The translations under genes and the position numbers were made by a program. Shown piece after piece: positions 40,016-51,100 of a stretch of DNA of 64,000 nucleotides. The stretch is from Terriglobia bacterium (GTDB lineage Bacteria; Acidobacteriota; Terriglobia; 20CM-2-55-15): NCBI GenBank assembly GCA_963664115.2, contig CAXWPJ010000009.1:64001-128000 (forward strand), given 5' to 3'. The notes below the pieces were generated by a model, which saw only the letters and a list, made by a program, of their open reading frames with translations, was not told the origin of the DNA and did no database searches. Numbering within the stretch: position 1 is the stretch's first letter; every line of letters begins with the position of its first letter.

Positions 40016-40462
40016 ATGGTCATCTACGGTGTCGCATTGTTGGCCAGCTGTCTGTTGGCGGGCATGCTTGCAGGAGAAGTATTGGGAGTGCTGCTCGGAG
40101 TCAGCGCCAATGTCGGTGGTGTCGGCATTGCGATGCTCTTGCTGGTTCTTGCTTGCAGCTCGACGCGATTGAAATCCCTTGTTGATGGAGCGTCCGGCAC
40201 CGGAATCAAATTCTGGAGCGCCATGTATATCCCGATCGTCGTCGCCATGGCCGCCAGTCAGAACGTTGCGGCAGCGGCAGCCGGAGGATTGCTGGCCCTG
40301 GTTGCCGGGAGCGGTGCAGTCGTCGTTAGTTTCGCTCTGGTGCCCGTGCTCAGCAGAATAGGTTCGAGCGGCGGGACTGGCGGCCGAAGTGGCGGCGATG
40401 CTGTCGAAGAAAATCAACAAGGCTCTACGGATAAGCCCGAATCAGAGACCGGAGCCCCATGA
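40016..40462 (+). CDS. madL: Malonate transporter subunit MadL
   Basis: MVIYGVALL, ANVGGVGIAM, FWSAMYIPIVVAMAA.QNV. Confidence 0.93.
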   Translation: MVIYGVALLASCLLAGMLAGEVLGVLLGVSANVGGVGIAMLLLVLACSSTRLKSLVDGASGTGIKFWSAMYIPIVVAMAASQNVAAAAAGGLLALVAGSGAVVVSFALVPVLSRIGSSGGTGGRSGGDAVEENQQGSTDKPESETGAP

Positions 40463-41220
40463 TGGAATTGTTGCTAAAGGTCGCTGACAGAAACTATCTC
40501 GTGGTTGCCTTCGCCGTGGTAGGCGCGACGGTGTGGATATCGTATCTCATATCCGACAGGCTAACGCGCGGTCGCATCCACGGTTCGGCCATAGCCATCG
40601 TTGCGGGCCTGATCGCTGCTTATTGGGGCGGCACACTGACCGGTGGTCAGATCGGGGTGGCCAACATCCCTTTATTGGCCGGCATCGGTGTCATGGGCGG
40701 CGGCATGCTGAGAGATTTCGCCATAGTGGCTACTGCTTTTGGTGTCCGTTTGAGTGAACTCAAGAAAGCGGGACTTGCCGGCGTGATTTCAATTGTTGCG
40801 GGTGTCGTGGTTTCATTTGTAGTGGGGGCGATCGTTGCGGTTGCGTTTGGCTATAGCGATGCCATCAGCATCACGACTATCGGCGCGGGAGCGGTGACCT
40901 ATATTGTGGGTCCGGTAACAGGTGACGCTATTGGAGCTGACAATGCAGTCATCGCACTGAGCGTTGCGGCCGGACTGGTTAAATCGATACTGGTCATGGT
41001 CGGAACACCGATGGTCGCACCGTTTATCGGTCTCAATAATCCCCAATCAGCCATGGTTTTTGGCGGGCTCATGGGCACGACCAGTGGTGTCGCCGGTGGT
41101 TTGGCGGCGACCGATCCCAAGCTGGTGCCCTATGGTGCGATGACCGCTACTTTCTATACGGGCTTTGGTGCCCTGATGGCTCCATCGGTCTTGTACTTCA
41201 TCGTCAGAGCTCTCACCTGA
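40459..41220 (+). CDS. madM: Malonate transporter subunit MadM
   Basis: GRIHGSAIAI, MGGGMLRDFAIVAT, GTTSGV, KLVPYGAMTATFYTG. Confidence 0.94.
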   Translation: MMELLLKVADRNYLVVAFAVVGATVWISYLISDRLTRGRIHGSAIAIVAGLIAAYWGGTLTGGQIGVANIPLLAGIGVMGGGMLRDFAIVATAFGVRLSELKKAGLAGVISIVAGVVVSFVVGAIVAVAFGYSDAISITTIGAGAVTYIVGPVTGDAIGADNAVIALSVAAGLVKSILVMVGTPMVAPFIGLNNPQSAMVFGGLMGTTSGVAGGLAATDPKLVPYGAMTATFYTGFGALMAPSVLYFIVRALT

Positions 41221-41268
41221 TCGACCGCGACAGAATCCTTAAATAAGACGTTGCCGCAAAGGCCATCC

Positions 41269-42795
41269 ATGAACGATCCGTCAATCGAAACTCAAGGCTT
41301 CTTTCCCAGGCTGAGCGACACAAACACCAAAGTCGCACTGGCCTTTGCCCAAGGCAGCTGTACATACGCCGAGCTGAATCGACGTGTCCATGAGTTTGCC
41401 TGTGGATTGTTAGGGGATGGGATGGATCTGTCCCAACAGCGGATCGCTTTTATCATGCCGGCGAGCCTCGATTATGTGACCACCTTGCTCGGCATTTGGA
41501 GAGCCGGGGGCATCGCGGTGCCTTTGAACGTAAGCGCCACAATCCCTGAGCTGGACCACGCGCTGTCCTCGGCCGGTGTAAGCCGTCTGATCGCAGACTC
41601 AGAATATCAAATGAAACTTGAAGGACTCTGTTCTTCGATCGACCTAAAAATGTCTACGGTAGAAGAAGTATTACAAGACGAACTCCGACCACTGCCGACC
41701 ATCAGTGATGGCCGTCGGGCGATGATTTTATTTACCAGTGGAACCACGAACAAACCGAAAGGAGTGATCAGCACACACAGCAACATCCGTTCACAGATCA
41801 GCACGCTTATCGAGGCTTGGGCCTGGGAGGAAGACGACACGATTCCACTGTTCTTACCCCTCCACCATATCCATGGAATTATCAATATATTGTGTTGTGG
41901 ATTGTGGTCGGGCGCCTCGGTTCATCTCTTCCCGAAATTCGAGTTGCCGACCATTCTTGCCCAGGTGGCCCGCCGTGAGTATTCCGTTTTCATGGCGGTG
42001 CCCACTATCTATATCAAATTGATCCAATACCTTGACACCGTGTCCGAACAGGATAGAAGCAAGATCTGCGCTGGATTTAAGGCCATGCGACTCAACGTTT
42101 CAGGTTCGGCAGCGTGCCCGGTCAATCTTTTCAATAAATGGTTGGAGCTTACCGGTCAAACCTTATTGGAACGCTATGGAATGACGGAAATCGGCATGGG
42201 GCTTTCGAATCCGTATACAGGAGAACGCCGGGCAGGGGCAGTAGGCGTTCCCTTGCCGGGTGTGGAGGCGGCGCTGTTTGATGAGGACAACAAGCTCGTA
42301 GTTGAGGAAAATGTTCCCGGTGAAATCAGAATAAAGGGACCCAATGTCTTTCTCGAATACTGGAATGATGCCAAAGCGACCAGAGAAAGTTTTCATGACG
42401 GTTGGTTCTGTACCGGCGATATTGCGGTTTTGGAGGCAGGCTACTACCGGATTATGGGTCGATCTTCGGTCGACATCATCAAGTCTGGTGGTTATAAATT
42501 GTCCGCCCTGGAAATCGAAGGGGCCCTCCTCAACCATGAAAATATCAGCGAATGTGCAGTCATCGGCGTGGCAGATGAGACCTGGGGAGAAGCGGTTACG
42601 GCCTTCGTTGTTCTGAAGCCGGATACCACGCTGAGTCTCGGGGAATTGAAAGCCTGGTGTAAAGGGCGCACATCCGGGTACAAGATCCCCAAAACCTTGA
42701 GGATAGTAGATGCGCTCCCACGAAACGCCATGGGCAAGGTTGCAAAACCCACGCTTAAGGAATGGGTGCGGGCCGACCCCGCAGCGGATCGATGA
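41269..42795 (+). CDS. matB: Acyl-CoA synthetase, likely malonyl-CoA synthetase (MatB/ACSF3-like)
   Basis: FTSGTTNKPKG, LPLHHIHG, ERYGMTEIGM, IIKSGGYKLSALEIE, PRNAMGKV; follows madLM. Confidence 0.8.
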   Translation: MNDPSIETQGFFPRLSDTNTKVALAFAQGSCTYAELNRRVHEFACGLLGDGMDLSQQRIAFIMPASLDYVTTLLGIWRAGGIAVPLNVSATIPELDHALSSAGVSRLIADSEYQMKLEGLCSSIDLKMSTVEEVLQDELRPLPTISDGRRAMILFTSGTTNKPKGVISTHSNIRSQISTLIEAWAWEEDDTIPLFLPLHHIHGIINILCCGLWSGASVHLFPKFELPTILAQVARREYSVFMAVPTIYIKLIQYLDTVSEQDRSKICAGFKAMRLNVSGSAACPVNLFNKWLELTGQTLLERYGMTEIGMGLSNPYTGERRAGAVGVPLPGVEAALFDEDNKLVVEENVPGEIRIKGPNVFLEYWNDAKATRESFHDGWFCTGDIAVLEAGYYRIMGRSSVDIIKSGGYKLSALEIEGALLNHENISECAVIGVADETWGEAVTAFVVLKPDTTLSLGELKAWCKGRTSGYKIPKTLRIVDALPRNAMGKVAKPTLKEWVRADPAADR

Positions 42796-42916
42796 TTCGC
42801 TGCTGTCGGGGCATTAATCTTGGGCCCGTTGCCGAAGACGGTTATACTGGCGCCGTTCAGAACCACATCCGAATCCTGTGTTTCAACTACTTGCTCCTTA
42901 TGGGAGGACCCACGTC

Positions 42917-44104
42917 ATGCAGAAACCGAAATCTTATGTCGCGCTGGCCTGTCTCGCAGTTCTGGTAACGCTCGGCTGTGGGGCCGGGACCGCGGTCGAG
43001 AGTGCCGCTCCGGACGAGGTGGCCACCGGACCTCAGGCACCGATGTTCGAGGTCGATCCGCTGTGGCCGAAGCCCCTGCCCAACCACTGGATCCTGGGCT
43101 CAACGATAGGCGTCTCAGTAGACTCGCGAGATCACATCTGGGTTATTCACCGGCAAACCACCCTCAATCCGATCACGGAGAGCGGAGCCGCAGCTGATCC
43201 TCCGATCAGCGTGTGCTGCATCCCCGCCCCGAACGTTCTGGAGTTTGATCAGGAAGGGAACCTGGTGAGTTCATGGGGCGGCCCGGGCGAAGGATACGAG
43301 TGGCCCTCGTCCAATCATGGAATTACGGTTGACTACATGGATAACGTTTGGATTGGTGGCAACGGGGAAACCGATGCACATATCTTAAAGTTCGCGCGCG
43401 ATGGAACCTTCCTGATGCAGATTGGCCGCGCCGGCATGAACGGCGGCAGCAACGATCTGGAAAACTTCGGGCGCGTGGCCAAGATTTCCGTCGACCCAAA
43501 CACGAACGAAGCCTATATCGCCGATGGCTATCTCAACAAACGCGTCGCCGTGATCGATGCGAGCACGGGAGAGTTCAAGCGTTACTGGGGCGCCTACGGC
43601 AACATGCCCGACGATACTGATCTCGGACCATACGACCCGGACGCGGAGCCCGCCCAGCAGTTCCGCAATCCTGTCCATTGCGCCGAGATCTCGAATGACA
43701 ACTTCGTTTATGTGTGCGACCGCGTGAACAATCGCATTCAACAATTCCAGACCGATGGCACGTTCGTCGCCGAAGTGATGATCGCGCCGCAAACGCTGGG
43801 CGCGGGTTCGGTATGGGATCTCACGTTTTCGAGAGATCCCGAACAGACCTATATCTATCTCGCCGATGGCGTCAATGAGAAGGTATACATCATTCAACGT
43901 GACACCCTGGAAGTCCTGACCAGCTTTGGCGATGGCGGACGCTATCCGGGCCAGTTCTTCGGCGTCCACAGCATCGCGACCGACTCGTCCGGTAACATTT
44001 ATACGACAGAGACCTACGAAGGAAAGCGTCTACAGAAATTCGTAAACATGGGTCTCGGTCCCGTCACCGAGCAGGATCAGGGCGTGGTCTGGCCCGACAA
44101 TTAA
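42917..44104 (+). CDS. NHL-repeat lipoprotein (PAL-like beta-propeller)
   Basis: GGAGG RBS, lipobox TLG-C, VDPLWPKPLP, AYIADGY, PVHC, YVCDRVNNRIQ. Confidence 0.85.
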   Translation: MQKPKSYVALACLAVLVTLGCGAGTAVESAAPDEVATGPQAPMFEVDPLWPKPLPNHWILGSTIGVSVDSRDHIWVIHRQTTLNPITESGAAADPPISVCCIPAPNVLEFDQEGNLVSSWGGPGEGYEWPSSNHGITVDYMDNVWIGGNGETDAHILKFARDGTFLMQIGRAGMNGGSNDLENFGRVAKISVDPNTNEAYIADGYLNKRVAVIDASTGEFKRYWGAYGNMPDDTDLGPYDPDAEPAQQFRNPVHCAEISNDNFVYVCDRVNNRIQQFQTDGTFVAEVMIAPQTLGAGSVWDLTFSRDPEQTYIYLADGVNEKVYIIQRDTLEVLTSFGDGGRYPGQFFGVHSIATDSSGNIYTTETYEGKRLQKFVNMGLGPVTEQDQGVVWPDN

Positions 44105-44106
44105 GA

Positions 44107-44146
44107 CAGAAGGGGCGGTGATTCGCTTGTATTACCGCTCCTTCTG
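44107..44146 (+). terminator. Stem-loop after the NHL lipoprotein gene
   Basis: CAGAAGGGGCGGTGAT...ATTACCGCTCCTTCTG; no clear U-tract. Confidence 0.45.
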
Positions 44147-44237
44147 ATCCTCGCAGTTGCGACGGCACTCTCAGTGGCCGCGTCCCGCGCCCATAGACCA
44201 TGGACCCCGCAGCCAAACTCTCCGCTGATTTCCCTGT

Positions 44238-46301
44238 ATGAGCTGGTTTGAACACGCATCGATCGATTACGCCTCTTTGTCCAAAGCGAGATCGGCTGAA
44301 ATCAAGGTACAACTGAGCCGTCTCGGGGAGTCTGGCGATCTGGCCCATAGGTGGTCTAGAGTTTCAAAACAGATACTACAACCGTCCGACCCATTTGAGA
44401 TTCACAGAGATCTGTTTCGCGAAAACTACCGGGAGTGGAGCCCGGGTCGCGGCCCGGAACCCGCCGTTCTTCCCGAACAGGCCAAGATATCAGCGTCGAA
44501 CCTCGGAATGTGGTTGACGGAATTCGGCTTTGGGCGGTATTCGGAGCTTCACGATTTCAGTGTAAATCAACGAGAAGAGTTTACAAAAAGGGCGGTAGAT
44601 AGACTCAACATTCGGTTTCAAAAGGAATTTGATCAGGTATTGGATCTCACACAAGGAGTGGAGCGGCCCTCTTGGTTCAAGGGAGCCAAGATGAATATTG
44701 TTGACAGCATTTTTGATGTCGGACTCGAAACTGAGTCAGAACGAACCGCAATCGTATTTCAACGCGAAGGCAGTGAAGGAAACACGCCCGTTGAACGCTG
44801 GTCGCTGGGACAACTCAAGGCCTTGTCGGGTCGTGTGGCCAACGGATTGACGAAGATGGGTCTTGGGCCCGGCGATCGTGTGGCCATCGATATGCCCATG
44901 ACAGCGGATTGTGTGGCCATTTATTTGGGCATCGTTCGAGCCGGCATGTGTGTGGTCTCTGTTGCCGACAGTTTTGCGGCTGAAGAAATAGCGACACGAC
45001 TTCGAATATCAGGGGCAAAAGCGATCTTCACTCAAGACGTAATCTTGCGTGGCGGAAAGATTGTCCCTTTATATAAAAAGGTGGTCAACGCCAAAGCGCC
45101 GACGGCCATAGTTCTTCCGGCCCTGAAGTCATCGCAGACCAGACTCCGTGAAGAAGATATGACTTTCGATCTTTTTCTTTCCGCCGATCAGGAATTCGAA
45201 ACCGCCGGCCGGGAACCGGGGAACGCGATCAACATTCTGTTTTCCTCCGGTACAACGGGTGACCCCAAGGCGATACCCTGGGATCACACGACCGCTTTTC
45301 GCTGCGCATTGGACGGGTTTGTTCACCAGAACATACAACCGGGAGACGTTGTGGCCTGGCCGACGAACGTGGGCTGGATGATGGGGCCGTGGCTGATATT
45401 TGCCGCCCTGATAAACGAAGGCTGCATTGCCCTTTATGAAGGCATGCCTCACACGCGCCGCTTCGGCATGTTTGTCGAGAACTCGAGGGTAAATCTGTTG
45501 GGTGTAGTGCCCAGTCTGGTTAAAGTGTGGAAAAACAGTGAGTGCATGACGGGGCTGGATTGGAGCGCTATCAAAGCATTCAGTTCAACGGGAGAATCTT
45601 CAAACCGTGAGGAAATGCTATTCCTGATGTCGTTGGCCGGTTATAAACCCGTTATCGAATATTGCGGGGGGACCGAAATCGGTGGGAGTTATGTATCTTC
45701 AACAGTCATTCAACCCAACTGCCCCTCTTACTTCTCAGCAAAATCAATCGGCATGGATTTCAGAATTCTGAACGAAGGCGGCCAGAATTCCCATACGGGC
45801 GAGGTCTATCTGGTTCCACCTGCGATCGGACTATCGACTCAACTCTTGAACAAGGATCATCATGATGTCTACTTCAAAGACTGCCCAACCGGAAGCGACG
45901 GGGAAGTGCTCCGCCGTCACGGAGATGAAATGCAGGTTTTGCACGGTGAGTATTTTAGGGCGCTGGGCAGAGCCGATGACACGATGAACCTTGGAGGAAT
46001 CAAAATAAGCTCGGTGGAACTCGAAAGCGTCATGAACCGCGTCGAAGGCGTTGCTGAAACAGCCGCAATCGCGGTAACCCCCAAATCGGGGGGAACAAGC
46101 CAACTCGTAGCTTATGCAGTAACCGAACTCGGCAGATGGAGTGATGGGGGCGAGTTAAAGACAGCACTCCAAGACCAGATCCGTCAACACCTGAATCCTC
46201 TTTTTAAAATCACTGCTGTAGTTGTCGTAGATGAACTCCCGAGAACAGCCTCGAACAAAGTAATGAGGCGGGTCTTGAGAGCCGAATGTGAGGCTCAGTA
46301 A
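44238..46301 (+). CDS. AMP-binding acyl-CoA ligase (acetate-CoA ligase-like, AAE17/18 type)
   Basis: FSSGTTGDPKAIPW, WPTNVGWMMGPW, YCGGTEIG, GRADDTMNLGGIK, PRTASNKVMRR. Confidence 0.88.
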   Translation: MSWFEHASIDYASLSKARSAEIKVQLSRLGESGDLAHRWSRVSKQILQPSDPFEIHRDLFRENYREWSPGRGPEPAVLPEQAKISASNLGMWLTEFGFGRYSELHDFSVNQREEFTKRAVDRLNIRFQKEFDQVLDLTQGVERPSWFKGAKMNIVDSIFDVGLETESERTAIVFQREGSEGNTPVERWSLGQLKALSGRVANGLTKMGLGPGDRVAIDMPMTADCVAIYLGIVRAGMCVVSVADSFAAEEIATRLRISGAKAIFTQDVILRGGKIVPLYKKVVNAKAPTAIVLPALKSSQTRLREEDMTFDLFLSADQEFETAGREPGNAINILFSSGTTGDPKAIPWDHTTAFRCALDGFVHQNIQPGDVVAWPTNVGWMMGPWLIFAALINEGCIALYEGMPHTRRFGMFVENSRVNLLGVVPSLVKVWKNSECMTGLDWSAIKAFSSTGESSNREEMLFLMSLAGYKPVIEYCGGTEIGGSYVSSTVIQPNCPSYFSAKSIGMDFRILNEGGQNSHTGEVYLVPPAIGLSTQLLNKDHHDVYFKDCPTGSDGEVLRRHGDEMQVLHGEYFRALGRADDTMNLGGIKISSVELESVMNRVEGVAETAAIAVTPKSGGTSQLVAYAVTELGRWSDGGELKTALQDQIRQHLNPLFKITAVVVVDELPRTASNKVMRRVLRAECEAQ

Positions 46302-46327
46302 ATGATCAGAAAGCCCCGTGAACAATC

Positions 46328-46714
46328 TCAGAGAAGCGAATCATCGATAGGATTTGAAGCGGGAACGCTTCGACGTGGGCTCTTTTCCGCCGGGACTTTG
46401 GTCTTCGGATCCAGGTACTGACGCAGCCTGACCTTAGACCCATCGAAGTAAGTGGCGATGAGTCCGTTCAACGCGTCAGCCCGTGCCTCCCCCTCCGTAA
46501 AGGTCGGCTCGTAGACGTGGGCACGCGATTTCTTGGCCCGACGCAGGGCTCCCTTCTTGAACAGACGGTCCATCACGGTCATGACTGTCGTGTAGGCGAG
46601 CTTGCGCTCTGGGAGAAGGTCGGCCTGCACCTCGCGGACAACCCCCGAGCGACGCCGCCATAGGGATTTCATGATCGCCAGTTCCAGGGGTGTCAGGTTG
46701 GTAGGAACACTCAC
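46328..46714 (-). CDS. BlaI/MecI/CopY family transcriptional regulator
   Basis: LELAIMKSLW, LAYTTVMTVMDRLFKKG, RAHVY, FDGS. Confidence 0.92.
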   Translation of the reverse strand: MSVPTNLTPLELAIMKSLWRRRSGVVREVQADLLPERKLAYTTVMTVMDRLFKKGALRRAKKSRAHVYEPTFTEGEARADALNGLIATYFDGSKVRLRQYLDPKTKVPAEKSPRRSVPASNPIDDSLL

Positions 46715-46980
46715 AGATCGATCTCTCTCTTCAGGTCTTCCAGAACCTCGATCAGCTCTCGTGCTTCGGCTTTGCCAGGAGACCGGGCGGGAATAGACCG
46801 GACTCGAAACTTCAGCACCCGACGGGGCAGGAGCACCGACACGACATCGTCAACATGCAGGTCTCGCCCGGCGCGGGCGACATGACCGCTGACCCGGACA
46901 TGCCCCGCGTCGCAGGTCGCTTTAGCCATGGAACGCCGCGGAATGACACGACACCATTTAAGAAACTGATCCAGACGCAA
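46711..46980 (-). CDS. S4-domain RNA-binding protein (Hsp15/RqcP-like)
   Basis: LRLDQFLKWCRVIPRRSMAKATCDAGHVRVSG. Confidence 0.85.
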   Translation of the reverse strand: MRLDQFLKWCRVIPRRSMAKATCDAGHVRVSGHVARAGRDLHVDDVVSVLLPRRVLKFRVRSIPARSPGKAEARELIEVLEDLKREIDL

Positions 46981-47011
46981 TAGGTGTACCGGGGAGAACA
47001 AAAACCGTGGA

Positions 47012-47078
47012 AGGGGACGGACACTTCAGCCGCAATACATTCGTCAGGCCACAATGTCGCATGCAGTGTCCGTCCCCT
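47012..47078. repeat. REP/MITE-like element, GGGGACGGACACT family, copy 3
   Basis: AGGGGACGGACACT (47012-47025) / AGTGTCCGTCCCCT (47065-47078). Confidence 0.85.
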
Positions 47079-48066
47079 ATGGCACGGACCCTGCATCCGT
47101 ATAGCCGTCTAAGACCGACACGAAACCCGTGGTTCGCAATTCGGTCAGATATTCTCGAATCTTGCCCTGGAGCTGCTCGCTAAAAATTAAACCTTCGATC
47201 TCCTGGCGCGCCAGCTCGAAAGCCAGGATCCCACCAACGTGACGATCGAGAAGGCTCAAAATGACGAGTTCGCCCTCAAGTTCGGCCACCTCGCTTACGT
47301 CCCCGCGCCCGAGTTGGCTGATGATTTCTTCGTAATCCTCCCTCAGGGCCCCGGTGGCGAAATACCCGAGATCACCCCTGTTCGTCCTTGAGGGCGCCTC
47401 GGAAACCTCAGCCGCCACAACACCGAATTCCTCTCCCTCGTCCTCGATGCGTACACGGGCCTCTTCGGCTCGATTCCGGGCATCTTCAGTCTGTTCGAGT
47501 GTCAGGCCGGCGGTTGTTATTACGATTTCCTGAATCCGGCTTCCCTCAGGCCGGTCAAAGTCTTCCGTGTTCGCATCGTAGTACGTCCGCAGCACCTCGG
47601 TGGTGAGGACGATCTTCGGATAAACCTCTCGCTGGAGGACCTGCTGGGTCACGTACTGCGTCCGAATCGTATCCTTGAAGAATTCGATGTCGGTCCCCTG
47701 CGCAGCAATCGCGGCTTCGAGATCTTCGAGCGCGTCGAAGTCAAATTCCTGACGCATCTGCTCCATCGTTCGGATCACTTCCAGGTCGGTACGAATTCCC
47801 AACTCTTCACCTTTCTGGAGAAGCAGGCTGCGATCGATCAGATCTCTCAGCGCAGTCGGTTCGGCTTCAACAATAGCGTTTTCAAGCTCTGCGCCCTGAA
47901 GCTGCTCGGCCAACTCTTCGCGCAACAACGTCCTCTGCTCCTCAAGCTCCGATCGCAGGATCACGTCGGTGTTGACCCGGACCACGATCTCGTCGATCGT
48001 TCTTTGGGCGAAACACGTCCCGGCCAACATAATAATTCCAAATACTGATAGCGCTATTCGACTCAT
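47077..48066 (-). CDS. SurA/PrsA-like parvulin peptidyl-prolyl isomerase
   Basis: Signal peptide, IDEIVVRVNTDVILRSE, FGVVAAEVSE..RGDLGYF. Confidence 0.87.
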   Translation of the reverse strand: MSRIALSVFGIIMLAGTCFAQRTIDEIVVRVNTDVILRSELEEQRTLLREELAEQLQGAELENAIVEAEPTALRDLIDRSLLLQKGEELGIRTDLEVIRTMEQMRQEFDFDALEDLEAAIAAQGTDIEFFKDTIRTQYVTQQVLQREVYPKIVLTTEVLRTYYDANTEDFDRPEGSRIQEIVITTAGLTLEQTEDARNRAEEARVRIEDEGEEFGVVAAEVSEAPSRTNRGDLGYFATGALREDYEEIISQLGRGDVSEVAELEGELVILSLLDRHVGGILAFELARQEIEGLIFSEQLQGKIREYLTELRTTGFVSVLDGYTDAGSVP

Positions 48067-48109
48067 AAAGTTCCTCTGGGAAAGTAGGGATCAACAGCTT
48101 AAGGATATA

Positions 48110-51100
48110 TCAAGAAAGTTCCGCGAGCACACTTTGTATCCGTTCGAAAACACTTCGTCCCGGGCCCGGACTCTTGATTCGAAGGGTCGCCGGAGGCGTG
48201 AAGATGACGTCCGGACTTCCCTCAACGAGTTGGACGATCCGCTCCGGGTCGATGTGAGCCTTTTGATCAAACACAATATTGATGACATCCCGTTTGCGTT
48301 CGATGGTGTGGACGCTGAGCGAACGACCTTCAAGTCTCAAGCGGGCGTACTCGAGTAGATTCTCAACCGCAGGAGGGAGCGGTCCAAAACGGTCTTCCAG
48401 ATCCCGGTACTGGAGGTCGATGGCTTCTTCCGTGCGGGCCGACGCGATGCTCTTGTAGACGCGCAGACGAAACATTTCGTCGGAAACGAAACTCTCCGGT
48501 ATCTTCAAATCCGCGCCCAGCCGAATTGTCGTTTCGACTTCCGGTCCGACCTCGCCCGTCCGCAGTTCTTCCATCGCCCGTTCCAGCATCTGGCAATATA
48601 AGTCGAAACCGATCGCCTCGATATGCCCGTGCTGCTGACCGCCGAGAAGATTACCGGCGCCACGGAGTTCGAGATCCAAGGCCGCAACGCGGAAACCAGA
48701 CCCCAGCTCGCTGAACTCACGGATAGCGGCAAGGCGTCGCCGGGCGATCGGCGTGAGAATCTTGTCGGAAGGAATCAAAAGATACGCGTAAGCGCGTCTA
48801 TTGGACCGGCCGACACGCCCTCGGAGTTGATAGAGCTGCGCCAGACCGTATCGGTCAGCCCGATTGACAATCAAAGTGTTTGCCAGCGGGATGTCCAACC
48901 CGTTCTCGATAATCGTTGTCGCGACGAGGACATCAAACTCATGATGCATGAATTGCAGCATGACACGTTCCAGCTCTTTCTCACCCATCTGACCATGCCC
49001 AACGCCTATACGCGCCTGAGGGCATATGCGCCGGATAAAATCCGCCATTGAATAGATCGACTCCACACGGTTGTGGACCAAATAGACCTGCCCACCGCGA
49101 TCCAGTTCGAAATTGATCGCACTTTCGATCACCGGAGTGTTGAATTTAAGAACAGTCGTATTGATGGCCAGCCGGCCCCGGGGCGGTGTTTCAATAACTG
49201 ACATGTCCCGCAATCCGGTAAGAGCCATGTGGAGTGTTCTGGGGATCGGCGTCGCCGTCATCGTGAGGACATCGACTTGTTTCTTGAGCTGCTTCAACCG
49301 TTCTTTGTGGGCGACGCCGAAGCGTTGTTCTTCGTCGACGATCAGCAGTCCAAGATCGTGGAAATGGACGTCCTTTGAAAGGATTCGATGGGTCCCGATC
49401 AGAACGTCCACCTTCCCGAATCCTGTCTCAGTGATTAGCTGTTTCTGCTGCTTCGGCGAAACGAACCGGCTGAGCATGGAGATCGTCACTGGAAAAGCGG
49501 CGAATCGTTCCTTAAAGGTCTCGAAGTGCTGGAAGGCGAGCACGGTCGTCGGAGCCAGAACTGCAACCTGTTTGCCGTCGGCGACCGCCTTGAAGATGGC
49601 CCGCATCGCCACTTCCGTTTTTCCGTAACCAACGTCACCGCAAACCAGGCGATCCATCGGGATCTGCAATTCCATATCGCCCTTGATGTCCCGAATCGCC
49701 GTCTGCTGATCCGGCGTTTCTTCGTATTGGAACGCGTCCTCGAATTCCTTCTGCCACTCCGTGTCGGGGGAAAACGCATGTCCCAGGGCCACTTTCCGTT
49801 CGGCATAGAGTGCGAGGAGCTCCTGAGCCATGTCGCGGATGGCTTTGCGGACTCGCGTCTTCCTTTGGATCCAGCTTGTCCCGCCCAATCGGTCGAGCTT
49901 GGGGTGGCTGCCCTCGGTGGCCGAGTACCTCTGAACCAGATCCAGTCTTTCCAGTGGAACGTACAAGCGGGCGTCGTCGTGATAGGTCAGAACCATGCAC
50001 TCCTGCCCGTGGATGGTTTCCAGTCCACCGTAGTTACCGACACCATGGTCGACGTGAACGACGTAGTGTCCCGGCTTGAGGTCCTGCAGGTCAGAAACAA
50101 AGGCCGACGCCTTGGACTTGGAGCGGGCCGACGGCGTGAAATGCTCCGTTTCGTCAAGAACATCCGTTTCAGCAAAGACTTCCAAGTTGGCGTCGGGCAG
50201 TCTGAAACCGCCCGAGATTCGCCCGACGACAACGACAGGGGCATTCCCATCTGAGGATGATTTCAGCGGTACCTCTCCGAACTCGGCGCGAATCGGCAAC
50301 TCGTACTCGTGAAGAATGTCCCTCAGGCGCTCGGCCATGCCGAGCGTACTGCCCATCAGCAGAACCTGACGCCCGGCTTCGAACGAATCCCGTATCGCTT
50401 CCACCAACTCGCGCATTCGCCCGTGGAACCGCCGGGCGGGCTGGCCTACGACGATGAAGTTCGAACCGCTCTCACCCAGCTCCTCCAGTTTCAGCCAGGG
50501 ATACTGTTCCAACGACCCGGCCAGTTCATCCGGAGAAAGGAAAGCCTCTTCCGGTGGGAGCGCCAGTCCGCCGACGGATTCGGTTTGCTCATACCGATGC
50601 TGCAAGGTGTGGAAGTATTCCGAGTACCCTTCATTCAGGAGCTCCGGTTCATCGAGGACGAAAACCGCTTCGTCGAGATAGTCGACCAGCGTCGCGCTCA
50701 AGGGCTGTGAAGCCGGGATTAGGAACTGGGAGCCGGGAAAGGGTTCGCCGTCGTCGGCAAAGACCAACTTTTCGTTCAGATCATCGTGGTAGCGTTCGTT
50801 CTCCCAACGGCGCCGCGCCTTGCCAGCCCAATCCCGGAACATCTCACGCGTTACGAACTGCTCCTGCATGGGAAGGATGTCGATTCGGCGGAGTGGATTT
50901 GTAGATCTCTGATCGTCGGGATCAAACTCCCGGAGCGATTCCACAGTGTCCCCAAAGAACTCGATCCGGACAGGGTTCGGCATCAACGGTGAAAACACAT
51001 CGACAATGCCGCCGCGCTTAGAGAACTCACCCACCGAACTCACGGGTTCCTGGGCCAGGTAGCCGGCCGTCGACAGGTGATCGAGCATCAGTTCCTGAGA

